The translations under genes and the position numbers were made by a program. A DNA stretch of 64,000 bases, taken from contig OZ024743.1 in the NCBI GenBank assembly GCA_964016885.1, positions 321,346,001 to 321,410,000 of the forward strand, in the 5' to 3' direction. Origin of the DNA: Eledone cirrhosa (lineage: Eukaryota). Shown here in pieces: positions 49,392 through 61,893 of the stretch (its first letter is position 1; every line of letters starts with the position of its first letter). Below the pieces are notes generated by a model. It saw only the letters and a program-made list of their open reading frames with translations. It was not told the DNA's origin and did not search any database.

Positions 49392-52343
49392 CTACCAGGA
49401 AATAGTTTTCCAGACGGCATAGCTCCAAGACCTGCACCAACATCTATAGCACCTCTTTGTAGACATATTGCATGTCATCCTTTGAGGAGTGTAAGCAAAA
49501 AGTCCATTCCTGCTCCCTATGCGGGAACAGGAAACATAAAGTTGGCCATGGGAGAAGCATGGCTCCTCCAAATGGATGCCCGCCACCGACAATGTTTGCC
49601 CTTGTGACTTGTTAATGGATATGGCAAAACATGGTCTCACCGGGAATTGGGATCGCCGGAAATCGAACGGGATATCTGACGCCGAGGGGAAAAGGTTCAT
49701 CCTTGGAATGAAAACGTTCCCCACTCTCCCGAACCCCATTACAATGGTGGCCTCAATCAAGTGGGGTGTCATTGACCATGCGAGTACCGTTGCACTGCTT
49801 TGGTGGACGCAAGTTCCTTATTAGCATAATGGGACAACCAACCCTAAACTTAAGAATGTGAGGTGGGAGCCCTGGAAGCTCAAGGGAATTTAATAACTCA
49901 ACCGGATAATTAACGATATCGTCAGGGTCTGACGTCCGGTCGATAGATTTGAAGATGTGTTCTTTACCGGGAATCTTCTCAATCAGCTGCTCGTTAATAA
50001 AATTAACCATGGCACTTTTGCAAAAGAGCAAGGATGGCTCTTTCGCTGAACCAATCGTGGTTTTTAAAGTTAGATGAGGCATTTGGAAAAACTGCTTCCC
50101 AAAGGTCAGAAGGGTTGCTCACAATGTTGCACAGGGAGTCGATTGGTATGCCACCCTTGTCATCCGCAGGGACCTTGCCCTCACCAAGTTCTAAAATGTT
50201 CTGAGCAAATACTGCAGACATGTTGTCATCATGCAAATGAGCACGCATATTTGTGCTCAGGTACAAACTCTTCACCTGGGTCCACAACATGGACGACTTA
50301 AGGCAGGCACGCATTTCATCAGCTCTTGTCCCTTTGGGGATGACAGGCAGCGTTTGCCGAAAATCCCCTGATAGCAGAAGGGTTACGCCACCCATATGAG
50401 CCGTAGAATCCTTAATGTCTTTCAGGGTCCTGTCCAATGTCCTTGTGTGCTATTGTGCACTCATCCCAAACAATGAAGCAACATTTTTTGAGAACCAGAG
50501 CCTCGTGTGAACCCTTGCTGATATTGCATGATGGTGTCTCGGTTTTTATTAAATCCAAGGGGAGTTTAAAGGTTGAATGTGCTGTCCTGCTTCCCGGCAG
50601 CGAAGTAGCAGGGATCCCAAACGATGCAACGGCCAACGCAATTTTTTTCTCCTGACAAATCTTAGCGAGAATCAATTTCGTTACAAAAGTTTTTCCGGTA
50701 CTCCCAGGAGCATCGAGAAAGTAAATACACCCCAGTCTGATTTTGAACCGCGTCAATGATAGTTAAATAGACCAACCTTTGGTCCGACAGAAGTTTGGGC
50801 TCATTTTCCTCTAAGTATTGGGAAAGAGATTCGATGTCATATGCTGTTTCCCGCAACAAATCCGGGGCCAACGTGTTAGCTTCCTCTCTGACGGTTGACG
50901 GCAAGCCATACGTCGCCAACTCACTCCCATGCATGTCAAGGAGGGCGTCCTCGATATCAATGAGTGCTCTGTTGTAGATAATGTCGCTGTAACCAACTTC
51001 CACTAAAAGATACTGCAAATGTGCCAGGTGCAGGAAGTCCTCAGACATGAAGTCTCTGTACTTGACCCATAAAGTTTTGGGATCACCCAATTCACACTTT
51101 TGAAGCAAAATGGCAAAGAGTTCCCGTAGACTTTTAGGTGATTTCAACAAATTACCTTCTGATAAAGTGGAATCCCATTGCGAATCATCTTCCAAAAGAC
51201 CACGCTTAAAGCAGGCTTCCCAGTACGTATCACATATTTCTCCATCAACAGTTTTGAGGTCCTGAAAACTTTGTGGGCCTACAACTTCATGCAGAAGGCG
51301 GAGATGAAAGCACTCATGCTGACTTGGGGGCACAGTGTAAACCCTTCCAAGACAGCTGTCAAATTTTACACCAGGATGTCTTTCAACAGCCTGACCTGAT
51401 TTTCTTCGCACCCAAGTGGTTTTCGACCGTATAAAGTAGGATGGAACTTGGGGTACACAATTGTTTGCGCAAATGTATCGAACTGGCAAAGTTTGAAGAA
51501 ACCCGACAGAGTGGTCTCTTTCGGATCGGCAGCCAACTTGGCGGCGGTTTGGTTCATAAAGTAAACCCTTTGCCCATTTTCCAAATGCACCGCAAGCTGT
51601 ACGATGGCGGGGTACCGTTGGTGTAAGGTTAAACCAAATAGGCACCAAATAGCTTCATTGCTACTGATGTACCGCTCCACCAGGTATTCTGTGACCTCGT
51701 TCCTGCTATTTTCAGCTTGAAATGCGAACATTGCGGCATCAGAGCCCTTATTTACATATTTGCATATGTATTTTATCGACTTGACGGAGTTGCAAAGCTC
51801 AGCGCTGATGTGGGTGTTGAACATCTTCAAGAGAAGAGGGCAGTAAGGGACCACCCATCTATTGTCGACTTGACCTCCCTTTACTGTTGTGGTGAAGCAA
51901 CCGTTCTCGGGCCGTCGCCGCCTGTACCCGTCGCCACCAGTCTGAGTCTCGTCAACAAATGTTTGGGGTATCCCTTACTGCACGACCACTCTTTCAGACA
52001 CGTGTGATGCTCATTAGGACCCGACGCAGATGGACCATGTTAGCTTTGACGATGTCATGTAATTCCTGGTTAGTTGCTGGGTTAGGGATTTCAGCCGAAA
52101 TGAAGCTGTCTATGGCATTTGAATTGATTTTATCAGCTAACCAAATCAAAATGTGAGCTGTGGCAGCCCTCGTTTTTGCCATTCGACGGTGAACATGTCA
52201 CATTTTACAGCCCCAAATACCTGACCCTTTTTTATTAAAGCCATGAGTTTAGCCAGTTTCAGTCTGAACACTCTGGCAATGAGGTCGTGTCTGTTCGAAT
52301 AATTTTGCCCAGGAAAAAGTTTACGGGTTACATTCCGATTCAT
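49392..52343 (-). pseudogene. Helitron RepHel remnant (HUH Rep + PIF1-like SF1 helicase), many frameshifts, N-terminus missing
   Basis: EWQKRGLP..HIL, VPY.P.L, KYICKYVNKG, DAPGSTGKT (Walker A), IVWDE, GDFRQTLPV, QFPVRPCFAISINKSQGQTL. Confidence 0.93.
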
Positions 52344-52884
52344 ATGACTTTAGCATTAATCTGTTATATGAAGTGTTATTTTGCGGGTTGTTATTTGCAA
52401 TAAGACGATTTAAAATGCCCCAGAAAAGCCGTATGTCAATACGGAAGGCCAATGACTCCCGCAGCAGTTAAATTATAGAGAGGTGGAATAATCTATTATA
52501 GAGAGATGGAAGAGCGACGGAGAGAGTAAAGCTAAGAAACTATAGGGAGGTGTGTAAAACAGTATTGTCATATAGAGAGTAAAGAGTGACAGAGAGAGTA
52601 AAGCAGTTAAATTATAGAGAGGGGGAAATGATCTATTATAGAGAGAGAGGGAAGAGTGACGGAGAGAGTAAAGCTAAGAAACTATAGGGAGGTGTGTTAA
52701 ACCTTAAAGCATGATCAATTTTTGCCCTTATTGTTGATTGATTTGAAATATGTTTGCTTCATGACCTTCTCCTGACCAAAAGCAATAATTGTCCTGACTT
52801 TGAATAGAATCCGTTGGAAATTGTCGACGTGCATACGTTACAAACCTTAACACACACATCCTCAGCTTTATATATATAGATATA

Positions 52885-53625
52885 AGTAGTACCACAACAG
52901 TTAGTTCACCATTACTGAAATTAATTGGTTCACCTTATTCGGATCATCAGCTCGGTCTCAATGAAGTTTTACGGAAAAGGAAAAGCAACTGTACGAATAC
53001 GAATGTGCAGAAACAGTCACTTTATCCGGGGGAGGTAAACCCACAATATATCGATATAGGAGAAAACTGTGGATACTCGGAATAAATTATTTATGTTATT
53101 CAGAATATTATAGAGTGTTCATGTTAGTCAATCTAGGGCTTTGTAATTATGTAATAGGTGTTTCCACATATGTGGACAACGTCAAAAAAGTTCATTTCTT
53201 GCATTTAGACAAGCGCTATTACGTAAACCTCTCGGGATATTGAATCTTTCTTTAATGCACAACCCACATGACGGATTCCCATTTGCGTATGACTTAGACT
53301 TATAAATAACTCACTTCTAATCGACCAAATCAAAAACAAGAGGTTAAATCCTATGTAGGTATGGCGAGGGGGGGGGGGGGGCGGTTTACGGAATGCTTCC
53401 TGAATCATCAATCAATCTTCAGTTGCCTGGACAAACGATCGTCCACGAAGCTCGCGAGCCATGTATAGTCCCTGGAAAACACAGGCGTAGATTACTCCAT
53501 CCAATAGAAAGTTTGGTAGAAATAGTTCCACAACTAACTGTTGTGGAACTACTTCTACCAAGCTCGTCCCCCATGGACTGAGTGCTCTACTACTACGGAT
53601 ATAAGACACAGTATTCTACTATTAT
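52885..53625 (-). mobile_element. Penelope-like element 3' fragment with a probable inverted partial pseudo-LTR
   Basis: Minus-strand GVIY... and KSYANGNPSCGLCIKERFNI...LNARNELF.RCPH resemble a PLE GIY-YIG C-terminus. 52,886-52,906 is repeated in inverted orientation at 53,532-53,553. Confidence 0.55.
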
Positions 53626-53629
53626 ATAT

Positions 53630-55525
53630 ATATCGCCGAGATTACGAGAAAATATGCTTAAAGCAAAATTTCTTCAAACTCAGCACGGCTGACCGTCCTA
53701 ACAACAACACAACTCTAAGCACCAACAGAGTCAAATAAGGCGGTACCAACATCGAACCTAGTGGCGCCCCGACCAACAACACACCTGACACAAAACACCT
53801 CATCACAGACTTGCTAGGATCCCTCTCCCGAGATGAACTAGACCTCCTCAGCCTGGGTCCCAAGTTCATATTAAAACAGAGACTGGATGACAAGTTATGG
53901 CTCGACATAGAAACGAATTTCTGTCGGGCTGCCTACCAACTAAAATGAATATCGACCCTCGGCAACACCACCATGGAACTTAACACAACCAGATTCCCGA
54001 TATACCAACTGAACCGCCCACTCTGTCCACCGCCTGCCAACCGCGAGCTGGAATAAAAACTCTCGAGGCTAAAACATTCCGTATTTAACATCTTACGGAA
54101 ACAGAGGAAGATAGCCCCAAACCTCTCCAGGACGCAACAACTTGCCCTGAAGAACCTGCGGAAAAGGGAACTCATATACTTATCGTCCGACAAAGGGAAA
54201 GAGTTTTGTGTCATCTCCCAAGGCACATACAGCAACCTAGCTTTTGACCACTTGGGCGACAACAAACTGTATACAGAGATCCCGGACATGACTGCAGCCC
54301 AGATCGAAAAACAGGCCAACTCCATATGGTCCGACATCTGTAGTAGAAGACAACTCCCAAATAAATTTAAGTCCAATTACATCACTAGAAATAGCAGACT
54401 TCCCACTTTTTATCACCTCGTCAAGACCCACAAGAATAGTACTAAGACACAAATAAGATCCATCGTCTAGCATAGAAGGGCCCCTATACAAAATTTCCTG
54501 GCTCCTCTACCAGGTCCTTAAGCCTTTACTCTCCACCTTTCCCGGGCATGTCAGTAGCTCTGACGAGGTTATACATAGACTACACCAACTTCAGCCAGAA
54601 CAACTTAAACTCAATAGATACACCTTTAGCCTCGACGTTGTCTCCCTCTAGACTACAGTCCCCACTCATCCAGCTGTCGCTTTATTGACGGACTGCGTGG
54701 TCGCCGACGTCCACTGCTACAGCCTCAATCCGACGGACATACACCAGCTTTTGCCCTTCACGGTGGACAACGCATACTTCACCTTCCACCACCACACATA
54801 CAGACAGACAACAGGATTACCAATGGGATCCAGCCTATCGGGCCTGCTGGCCATCACTTATATGAACCAGCTGAAATGCCGAGCCCTCAACACTTGCCAT
54901 TCCTATATCTTCTTCCCCCGATATGTAGATGACATACTCATCCTTACATCATCCCATGAGGAGGTAGATAAAATATACACGACATTCTCCAGCATGGACG
55001 CCAGTATAAAGTTCAGCATAGAACACCCCAATGGCCGTGGATCCTTATCCCTATTAGACTTCCAGCTCAGGGTAACAGAGGAAGGTGACATCCACACCTG
55101 CTCGGTGCCAAGTTTAGATACATAAGGAACGAACTGACACATGTCCAGAACAAATGCACCGACGCAAGAGACCAAAACACACACACACCACACATTTCCT
55201 GGAAGTACTTAAACTAAACGGATACCCGACGTCCACCACGAACCGTACCAGAAAACACAGACGACACCACACCCGAAGCACTAACATCTGCTTCCTGAAG
55301 CTCCCACACTTCAGTGATGAAACTACAACGGCCATCCGCAGGGCCATCAGACGAGAGGGACTAGATATCCAGCTAGCCCACTCAGGACCTTCTCTACACG
55401 GACAGCTAGCCAAGAGACACTCCACCAGACAAGACAGCCACTGCACGCTGGCCAACTGCTCCATCGATGACACAGACCTATGCCACCAGGCACACGTCAT
55501 CTACAGATTAGAGTGTGACAAATAT
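53630..55525 (+). mobile_element. Penelope-like element, degenerate RT and start of GIY-YIG
   Basis: LLSLGPKF, SDKG, FYHLVKTHK, SLDVVSL, YRQTTGLPMGSSLSG, RYVDD, LLDF, VIYRLECDK. Confidence 0.88.
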
Positions 55526-55959
55526 ACTGATATATACGGAGAGAGAGAGATAGAGAGAGAGAGAGAGGCATAGACATATGTTTTTCTAATTAATCAAAGC
55601 ATGAAAGCACAAGATTTAGCTGATGGCCAGTCTTGGGTATATATTAATATCAATATATTAATGCAAAGCAGTGTAATTTTTGTATCTCCATAAATTGTTT
55701 CATCTTTGTTTTTGTTGGTCTTCGCACTAAATTGTCTTCTTGTGCAATTGTTCGGCCCAGTTATTTTGGCAAACCTTGAGATATGCAGTAATGAAATTCA
55801 GGGGGAATAGAATTTTAAGTTTTTATCATAATTTCAAAGTTTTTCATTCAAAGCTATGAGTGGCTTTGTAATAAGATTTATTTGTTCTGATTACATCACT
55901 GAATAGCATAACATGATTTCAAACATAATAAACAATGTTTCATTGCAATTATCTCTTTT

Positions 55960-56260
55960 GTCATCATCATCGTTTTTATGCCCGCTTTCCACTCTTGCAT
56001 GGGTTGGACAGGTCCTTCTCAACACAGCTTCTATTCACTTGTAGTGTTCCTTTGTTATCTGTTCTGTGAGTCTCAGTGATTTGGAATCAGTTCTCACTAC
56101 CTCTACCCAGGTCTATCTAGGTCTACCACTATTGTGGCTTCCTTCCAGTTAGATTTCTTGGTACTTCTTCACCCAGTGATCATCATTCATGTGCATTATA
56201 TGTCTGTATTATTTTTAAAACACCTTACATTGCAGGTTTATTTCTCTAAAACCAGCTATG
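55960..56260 (-). mobile_element. Decayed RTE 3' fragment
   Basis: (CAT)n tail and minus-strand GRPR*TWVEV motif. Confidence 0.6.
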
Positions 56261-56461
56261 GAACTTGCAATAACCCAGATCTATATTGGTCCTGAGATTT
56301 GAAATTACAAAATATAACTGGGTATTAACACATTAAACTAAGTTCAATAATGTACCATTAGCTAATGTTCTACAGAAATATCAGGATTGTTTCATTATTG
56401 GTAATAATTTGGTGTCATTTTTTGTTGTCTTTCATTGATTTTACTTTATCTATAATTTCAG

Positions 56462-56599
56462 CAAAATTGCTTAACTGTGATTTTGAAGACACAAATATTT
56501 GTGGATTTGAAAGTTCTCCTAAAACAGATTCTTGGATATTAAGTACTGGTATTTCAGGAGAAAGACCAAAACTTGATCATTCAGAAAAAACATATGAAG
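56462..56599 (+). CDS. Exon G: N-terminal part of MAM domain 3
   Basis: TTTCAG acceptor, G|GTGAAT donor, 138 bp, phase 1-1. Translates KLLNCDFEDTNICGFESSPKTDSWILSTGISGERPKLDHSEKTYE (CDFE, P..DH motifs). Confidence 0.94.
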
Positions 56600-56850
56600 G
56601 TGAATATCTTTTAACATTTAAATTTTTTGTTCTTTTAATGTCCATTTTTCTATGATAGTCTATGTTGGATTATGTCTGCAATACACCATTTCTCTATTAT
56701 GTTCACTTGTACATAGTTTGTCTGTGATGCTCAATGTTCTTAGTTCTAATTTTACTATTTCTTCCCAAGTTTATGCTTGACGTTCATTACTGTAATTTCT
56801 TAACAATAACTCATTTTCACACAATATCTCCTTTCCAGTATTCCCTCTCA

Positions 56851-57190
56851 TCATTTCATCATTTCATTTTACGTCCACTTTTCCCTGCTTGCAAGGGTGG
56901 GACAGGAACTGATTCTGGCTTGATTTCTACAGCTGGATGCCCTTCCTAACACCAACCTCATTTACAGTGAGTGCTGGGTGCTTTTTTTGCCGTGGCACCT
57001 CCACGACCACTTTACAGTGGAATGATAGAGATCCCAGTCCCTATAATCTCATGTCTACAGCTGAGTAAACTGGAGCAATGTGAAATAAAGTGTCTTGCCC
57101 AAGGAAACAACACATCACCCGGTCTGAGAATTGAACTCACAACCTTTCGATTGCAAGGCCAATGCTCTAACCACTAAGCCATGTGCCTCC
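56851..57190 (-). mobile_element. Composite SINE family B, second near-identical copy
   Basis: Co-linear with 19,120-19,464 over the full length. Confidence 0.88.
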
Positions 57191-57556
57191 CTCTACTACA
57201 AGCAATTTATCAATTCACTTAACATACACATTTAATAAACAAATTTATCAGCTCTATAAGGTATTTTTCATGCACTTTAAATGCTTACTCTTGGAGAAGG
57301 ATGTTTAGTTTGAACAATAATTGAAATATGGGCGTCCCAGCACAATTATCCATAATAGAATTTGACAACTATAAATATTAGTGGAGAGAGGTACCTCTGT
57401 TTACTTTTTTCTGTTTCTAGGAATATTTTGCCTGATTTTCTCAATTATCATTTATAGTAATTGACTATTATTAGTTGCGTTGAGATGCACACATTTCAAA
57501 TTTTTCAATGCATCTTAAGTCAACCACTTAAAATAAAATATTACATTATTTTTCAG

Positions 57557-57859
57557 GTCAATATGTAATTTCAAATTCTACAGAAGAAAGCTCTCTAGCA
57601 GTACCTTCAATAACTGTTGATAGCACTTCTTGTTTTAACTTCTTTTATACATTCTTTGGAGATGGTAATGTGACAGTGTATGACAACAATATTTTGCTGA
57701 TGAAGCTTTCTAAATTTGATGTTGACATCTGGAGGAATGCCAATGTTACACTATCTAAAGGAGTGCACAACATTAGATATATATTCTCAAATAAAACATT
57801 ACCTGGAACGGTGGCACTCGACAGTGTTTCAGTAATACCAGGAAGCTGTTTATATATAG
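57557..57859 (+). CDS. Exon H: C-terminal part of MAM domain 3
   Basis: TTTTTCAG acceptor, G|GTAAG donor, 303 bp, phase 1-1. Translates GQYV...SCFNFFY...WRNANVTL...GTVALDSVSVIPGSC. Confidence 0.93.
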
Positions 57860-57939
57860 GTAAGACAGATCAAATCTTGTATTTTTCTCAATATTGAACA
57901 AATAGATATAATTAAACAAAAACATATGATAAATACATA

Positions 57940-58137
57940 TAGAAGAGCTGAAAAGTTCATAAGCTGACTATGAAGGAGTGATGCCAGAGCTGTGAAATCT
58001 TGCATGCATTAATTTTAACTCCTCTTATTAATAACTGCATTATTACTGTCCAGGGACTATATTGAAAAATAAACCTCATGTGGTCATTCCGTGAGAATAT
58101 CATTGTCAGCCTATGAAGTTTTCGGCTGACCCTCTTA
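57940..58137. mobile_element. Mariner-derived MITE (internal deletion derivative of the 28-kb family)
   Basis: TIRs GCTGAAAAGTTCATAAGCTGAC / GTCAGCCTATGAAGTTTTCGGC. The first ~95 bp match 28,081-28,175. Confidence 0.85.
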
Positions 58138-58984
58138 TATATAACATACACACTGTATGTAACAGTTGATAAATATATATATATATAACATACAAACCAC
58201 AGACAACAGATGTCATTGTTTCTTTTTTATATTCCACCAGTAATGAAACATTCATTTGTATCATATGAAGTGTAATTGCAGTTAAAGAAGGTATAAATAT
58301 AGCAGATACAAATCTAAAGACCTGTTCATTTCTCACTTAACATCATTACTATTAGATTAGTTGGACTCCTTTCTTAACACTAACTTCTCTACATGGTGTT
58401 ATAGGTACACTTGATCAATACATATAGATCAATATTAACAAACATGATTAATCTACATATATTGATTATAATACATTGAGATGTTAATAAACTCTCAGAA
58501 CATAATTATTCTTTTAATGTCTGAAAAAATATTTCAAAAATCGAAATTTTTATTAAAATTATATATTTTTTATTTAATTTTGTATACTCCTTTACTTTTT
58601 TACCTGTTCCAGCCATCTGGCTGAGGTCATGCTGGGGCACAGCACTTGCTGAAAAATGAATATTATTTCAATATGTTTTATTAATTTAGTTTGTCATCAT
58701 CCATATTATTATTATTGTTATGGTGCATGGCTTAATGGTTAGGGAACTGGATTCACAATCATGAGATTGCAAGTTCAGTTCCCAGATCATGTGATATGTA
58801 ATGTCTTTTATTTCACATTGCTCCTTTTGACAGGAGTTGCAACTGGTAGATAGTATCAGCTATGGAAATATCATTGTTTTCTTGGTCCCATTTGACAAGT
58901 TCCAACACACTCAGAAAGCAAGTGAGGTATGGAATCTTGTTGATTGATTTGATGGATCAATTATTTCATAGCCAGCTTAGCCTG

Positions 58985-59199
58985 CTGATTAGCTGCATCA
59001 TTAAAGTGTCATACAAAATGTTTTGCCCCATTTAGTTACAGCCCTTCACATTCTGAATTCAAATCCCGGCTAGTTTAGCCATGCTTTTCATTCTTATGAG
59101 ATAAATAAAGTACCAGTAATGCATTGGAGTCAATTTAATTGACTTTCCCATCCCCTTCAAATTGCTGGCTTTGTGCCTAAAGTAGAAACAATTATTACT

Positions 59200-59200
<1 letters not shown>
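58985..59200 (+). mobile_element. SINE family A, degenerate, tail expanded into (CAT)n(CAG)n(TAG)n microsatellite to ~59,310
   Basis: CATTCTGAATTCAAATCCC...AAAGTACCAGTAAT...GTAGAAACAATTATT. Confidence 0.75.
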
Positions 59201-59239
<39 letters not shown>

Positions 59240-59247
59240 GCAGCAGC

Positions 59248-59282
<35 letters not shown>

Positions 59283-59341
59283 CAGCATCAGTAGCAGTAT
59301 TAGTTGTAGTAGCTGATGTTATTATTTTTTTCATTTAAAAG

Positions 59342-59455
59342 GTTGTGAAGAAAATTGGTCTCCTTGTAAAGGCAATAAGACATGTTATGCATACAATGCC
59401 AAATGTGATGGGATAGATAATTGTCCTGATGGAGAAGATGAATTAAATTGTAACA
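59342..59455 (+). CDS. Exon I: LDL-receptor class A domain 3
   Basis: T-rich tract + AAAG acceptor, A|GTAAGT donor, 114 bp, phase 1-1. Translates CEENWSPCKGNKTCYAYNAKCDGIDNCPDGEDELNCN. Not in the ORF track. Confidence 0.93.
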
Positions 59456-59586
59456 GTAAGTTTTATTTATATTTAGTTTTGTATAAAGTAGAGGGTAACA
59501 TTTCGCCATCATCATCATCATTGTTTAACGTCTATCTTCTACGCATGGGTTAGACGGATTTTTTAACAAAGACAAATACTGACACT

Positions 59587-60085
59587 CTTCTTCTTCTTCT
59601 TCTTCTTCTTCTTCTTCTTCTTCTTCTTCTTCTTCTTCTTCTTCTTCTTCTTCTTCTTCTTCTCTCACTTATTCCTGAGAGAGTCAGAGAGTGATGGAGG
59701 CAGAGTCCTCAAACACTCCTTCCAGCAGGTCCTATCAGAAGCAACCTTCTCCAATTGATCTGGCTGGATCCCGAAGAGAGACCATCTGACCTCATGGATT
59801 TTATCCAACCACCTCACTCGGAATCTACCCCTGGGTCTCATGCCAATTGGTTTAGCCATAAAATCTGTCCAGTAATTCTTTCCTAAGACATTCTGAACAC
59901 ATAACCCTAATATCGGAGCTGTGATCTCACTATTTGGAGAAATAGTGGTTCTACTTGAAGTGTCTTTCTGATCTCCAAGCTATGCATACTGTTGAGTAAT
60001 ATTTCTCCAAAATCCTTCGGAGGGACCCATTTTGACGGCTTGCATTCATGATGGCATTCTTTTGGTCATCAACCATTTTGATACT
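59587..60085 (-). mobile_element. LINE 3' fragment (RTE-like, different family) with (AAG)n tail; related short copy at ~36,560-36,710
   Basis: Minus-strand GMRPRGRFRVRWLDKI...ASDRTCW, then TCTCAGGAATAA and a microsatellite tail. Confidence 0.7.
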
Positions 60086-60465
60086 CATTTCAGAAAATGT
60101 TCATAATGATGATGATGATAATCCTTTTCATCTTGACCACCACCACCATCATTATCACCATCATCACTCTTACAGGTATCATGGCTTACACAAATTGATT
60201 GAACAGTGTTTAAGAGGAATCTGATGTGGTGTGCAAGAGAGAAGACCGTGTTGGTACAGACATGTGATGTATATGGATGATGATCACTAGGTGAAGAAGT
60301 GGCAAGTAATCCAAGTGCTAGGAAACTGTAGTAGAGGTAGACCAAGTGAAAGGGAGGAACATGCCCAGAATGCAATGTTAGTATGGTCCTCAGTGAGCCA
60401 AAAGCATAGTTTATCTGGAATAAAAGATATGTGGCTGACTATGTACATTAAAAATTAAAGATGTG

Positions 60466-60738
60466 ATCTTCCTTATTAGCTGATCAATAATAGGTATGAT
60501 CTTCTTTAACTGATCAATAATAGATATGATCGTTATTATTAGCTGATCAATAATAGATATGATCTTAATTATCAAATGTTCAATAATAGATATGATCTTT
60601 ATTATCAACTGATCAATAATCAGTATGATCTTCATTATCAACTGATCAATAATAGATATGATCTTAATTATCAGCTGATCAATAATAGATATGATATTTA
60701 TTATCAGCTGATCAATAATCGGTATGATCTTCATTATC
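60466..60738. repeat. 33-bp minisatellite, ~8 copies
   Basis: Unit GATCTTAATTATCAGCTGATCAATAATAGATAT. Confidence 0.92.
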
Positions 60739-60793
60739 ACTCAAGTAATATCAATTTGGACATGAATCTAGTCAAAAGATTAGCATTTGATTA

Positions 60794-61702
60794 TAAAGTT
60801 GGCAAAATTGTTATGTGGCTCAACTAAAGTTGGCAAAATTGTTAGCTGGCTCAACTAAAGCTGGCAAAATTGTTAGATGGCTCAAATAAAGTTGGCAAAA
60901 TAATTAGCTGGCTTAACTAAATTTGGCAAAATTGTTAGCTGGCTCAAATAAAGTTGGCAAAATTGTTAGCTGGCTTAACTAAAGTTGACAAAATTGTTAG
61001 CTAGCTTAACTAAAGTTGGCAAAATTGTTAGCTGGCTTAATTAAATTGGCAAAATTGTTATATGGCTCAAATAAAGTTGGCAAAATTATTAGCTGGCTCA
61101 ACTAAGGTTGGCAAAATTGTTAGCTGGCTCAACTAAAGTTGGCAAAATAGTTAGCTGGCTTAACTAAAGTTGGCTAAATTATTAGCTGGCTCAACTAAAG
61201 TTGGCAAAATTGTTAGCTGACTTAACTAAAGTTGGCAAAATTGTTAGCTGGCTCAACTAAAGCCGGCAAAATTGTTAGATGGCTCAACTAAAGTTGGCAA
61301 AATTATTAGCTGACTCAAATAAAGTTGGCAAAATTGTTAGCTGACTTAACTAAATTTGGCAAAATTGTTATGTGGCGCAACTAAGGTTGGCAAAATTGTT
61401 AGCTGGCTCAACTAAAGTTGGCAAAATAGTTAGCTGGCTTAACTAAAGTTGGCAAAATTGTTAGCTGGCTCGACTAAAGTTGGCAACATTATTAGCTGGC
61501 TCAACTAAAGTTGGCAAAATTGTTAGCTGACTTAACTAAAGTTGGCAAAATTGTTAGCTGGCTCAACTAAAGTTGGCAAAATTGTTGCTGGCTTAACTAG
61601 AGTTGGCAAAATTGTTAGCTGGCTAAACTAAAGTTGGCAAAATTGTTAGCTGGCTTAACTAAAGTTGGCAAAATTGTTAGCTGGCTCAACTAAAGTTAAC
61701 AA
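60794..61702. repeat. 31-bp minisatellite, ~29 copies
   Basis: Unit AAAGTTGGCAAAATTGTTAGCTGGCTCAACT, starting at 60,795, 60,826 and so on. Confidence 0.96.
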
Positions 61703-61893
61703 ATCACTCAGTATCCCTAATCTAAAGCTCAGAAAACTCAGTTACATCATTTATATCTCTACTATCAATAAATAACTACCAGTAAAGTGTTCGCAATTAA
61801 AATAATTGGGTTGCCTCATTTTTTTTTTTTATTTGTCTCATCTTTAATCCAAACTAATCAATATCTTAATTATTATTTTCTTTATTAAAATAG

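Larger units (their letters stand above)
42741..52880 (-). mobile_element. Helitron with both termini, interrupted by a Gypsy insertion
   Basis: Minus strand 5' A|TCTATATATATAAAGCTG at 52,880. The 3' end has hairpin CCCGAGCAATGCCGG about 12 nt before CTAG|T at 42,741. RepHel coding remnants lie inside. Confidence 0.9.

Noticed and set aside
52344-52760. Host gene fragment captured by the Helitron
   Set aside because: The region is AG-rich internal duplication (AGCAGTTAAATTATAGAGAG... twice) with no coding signal.
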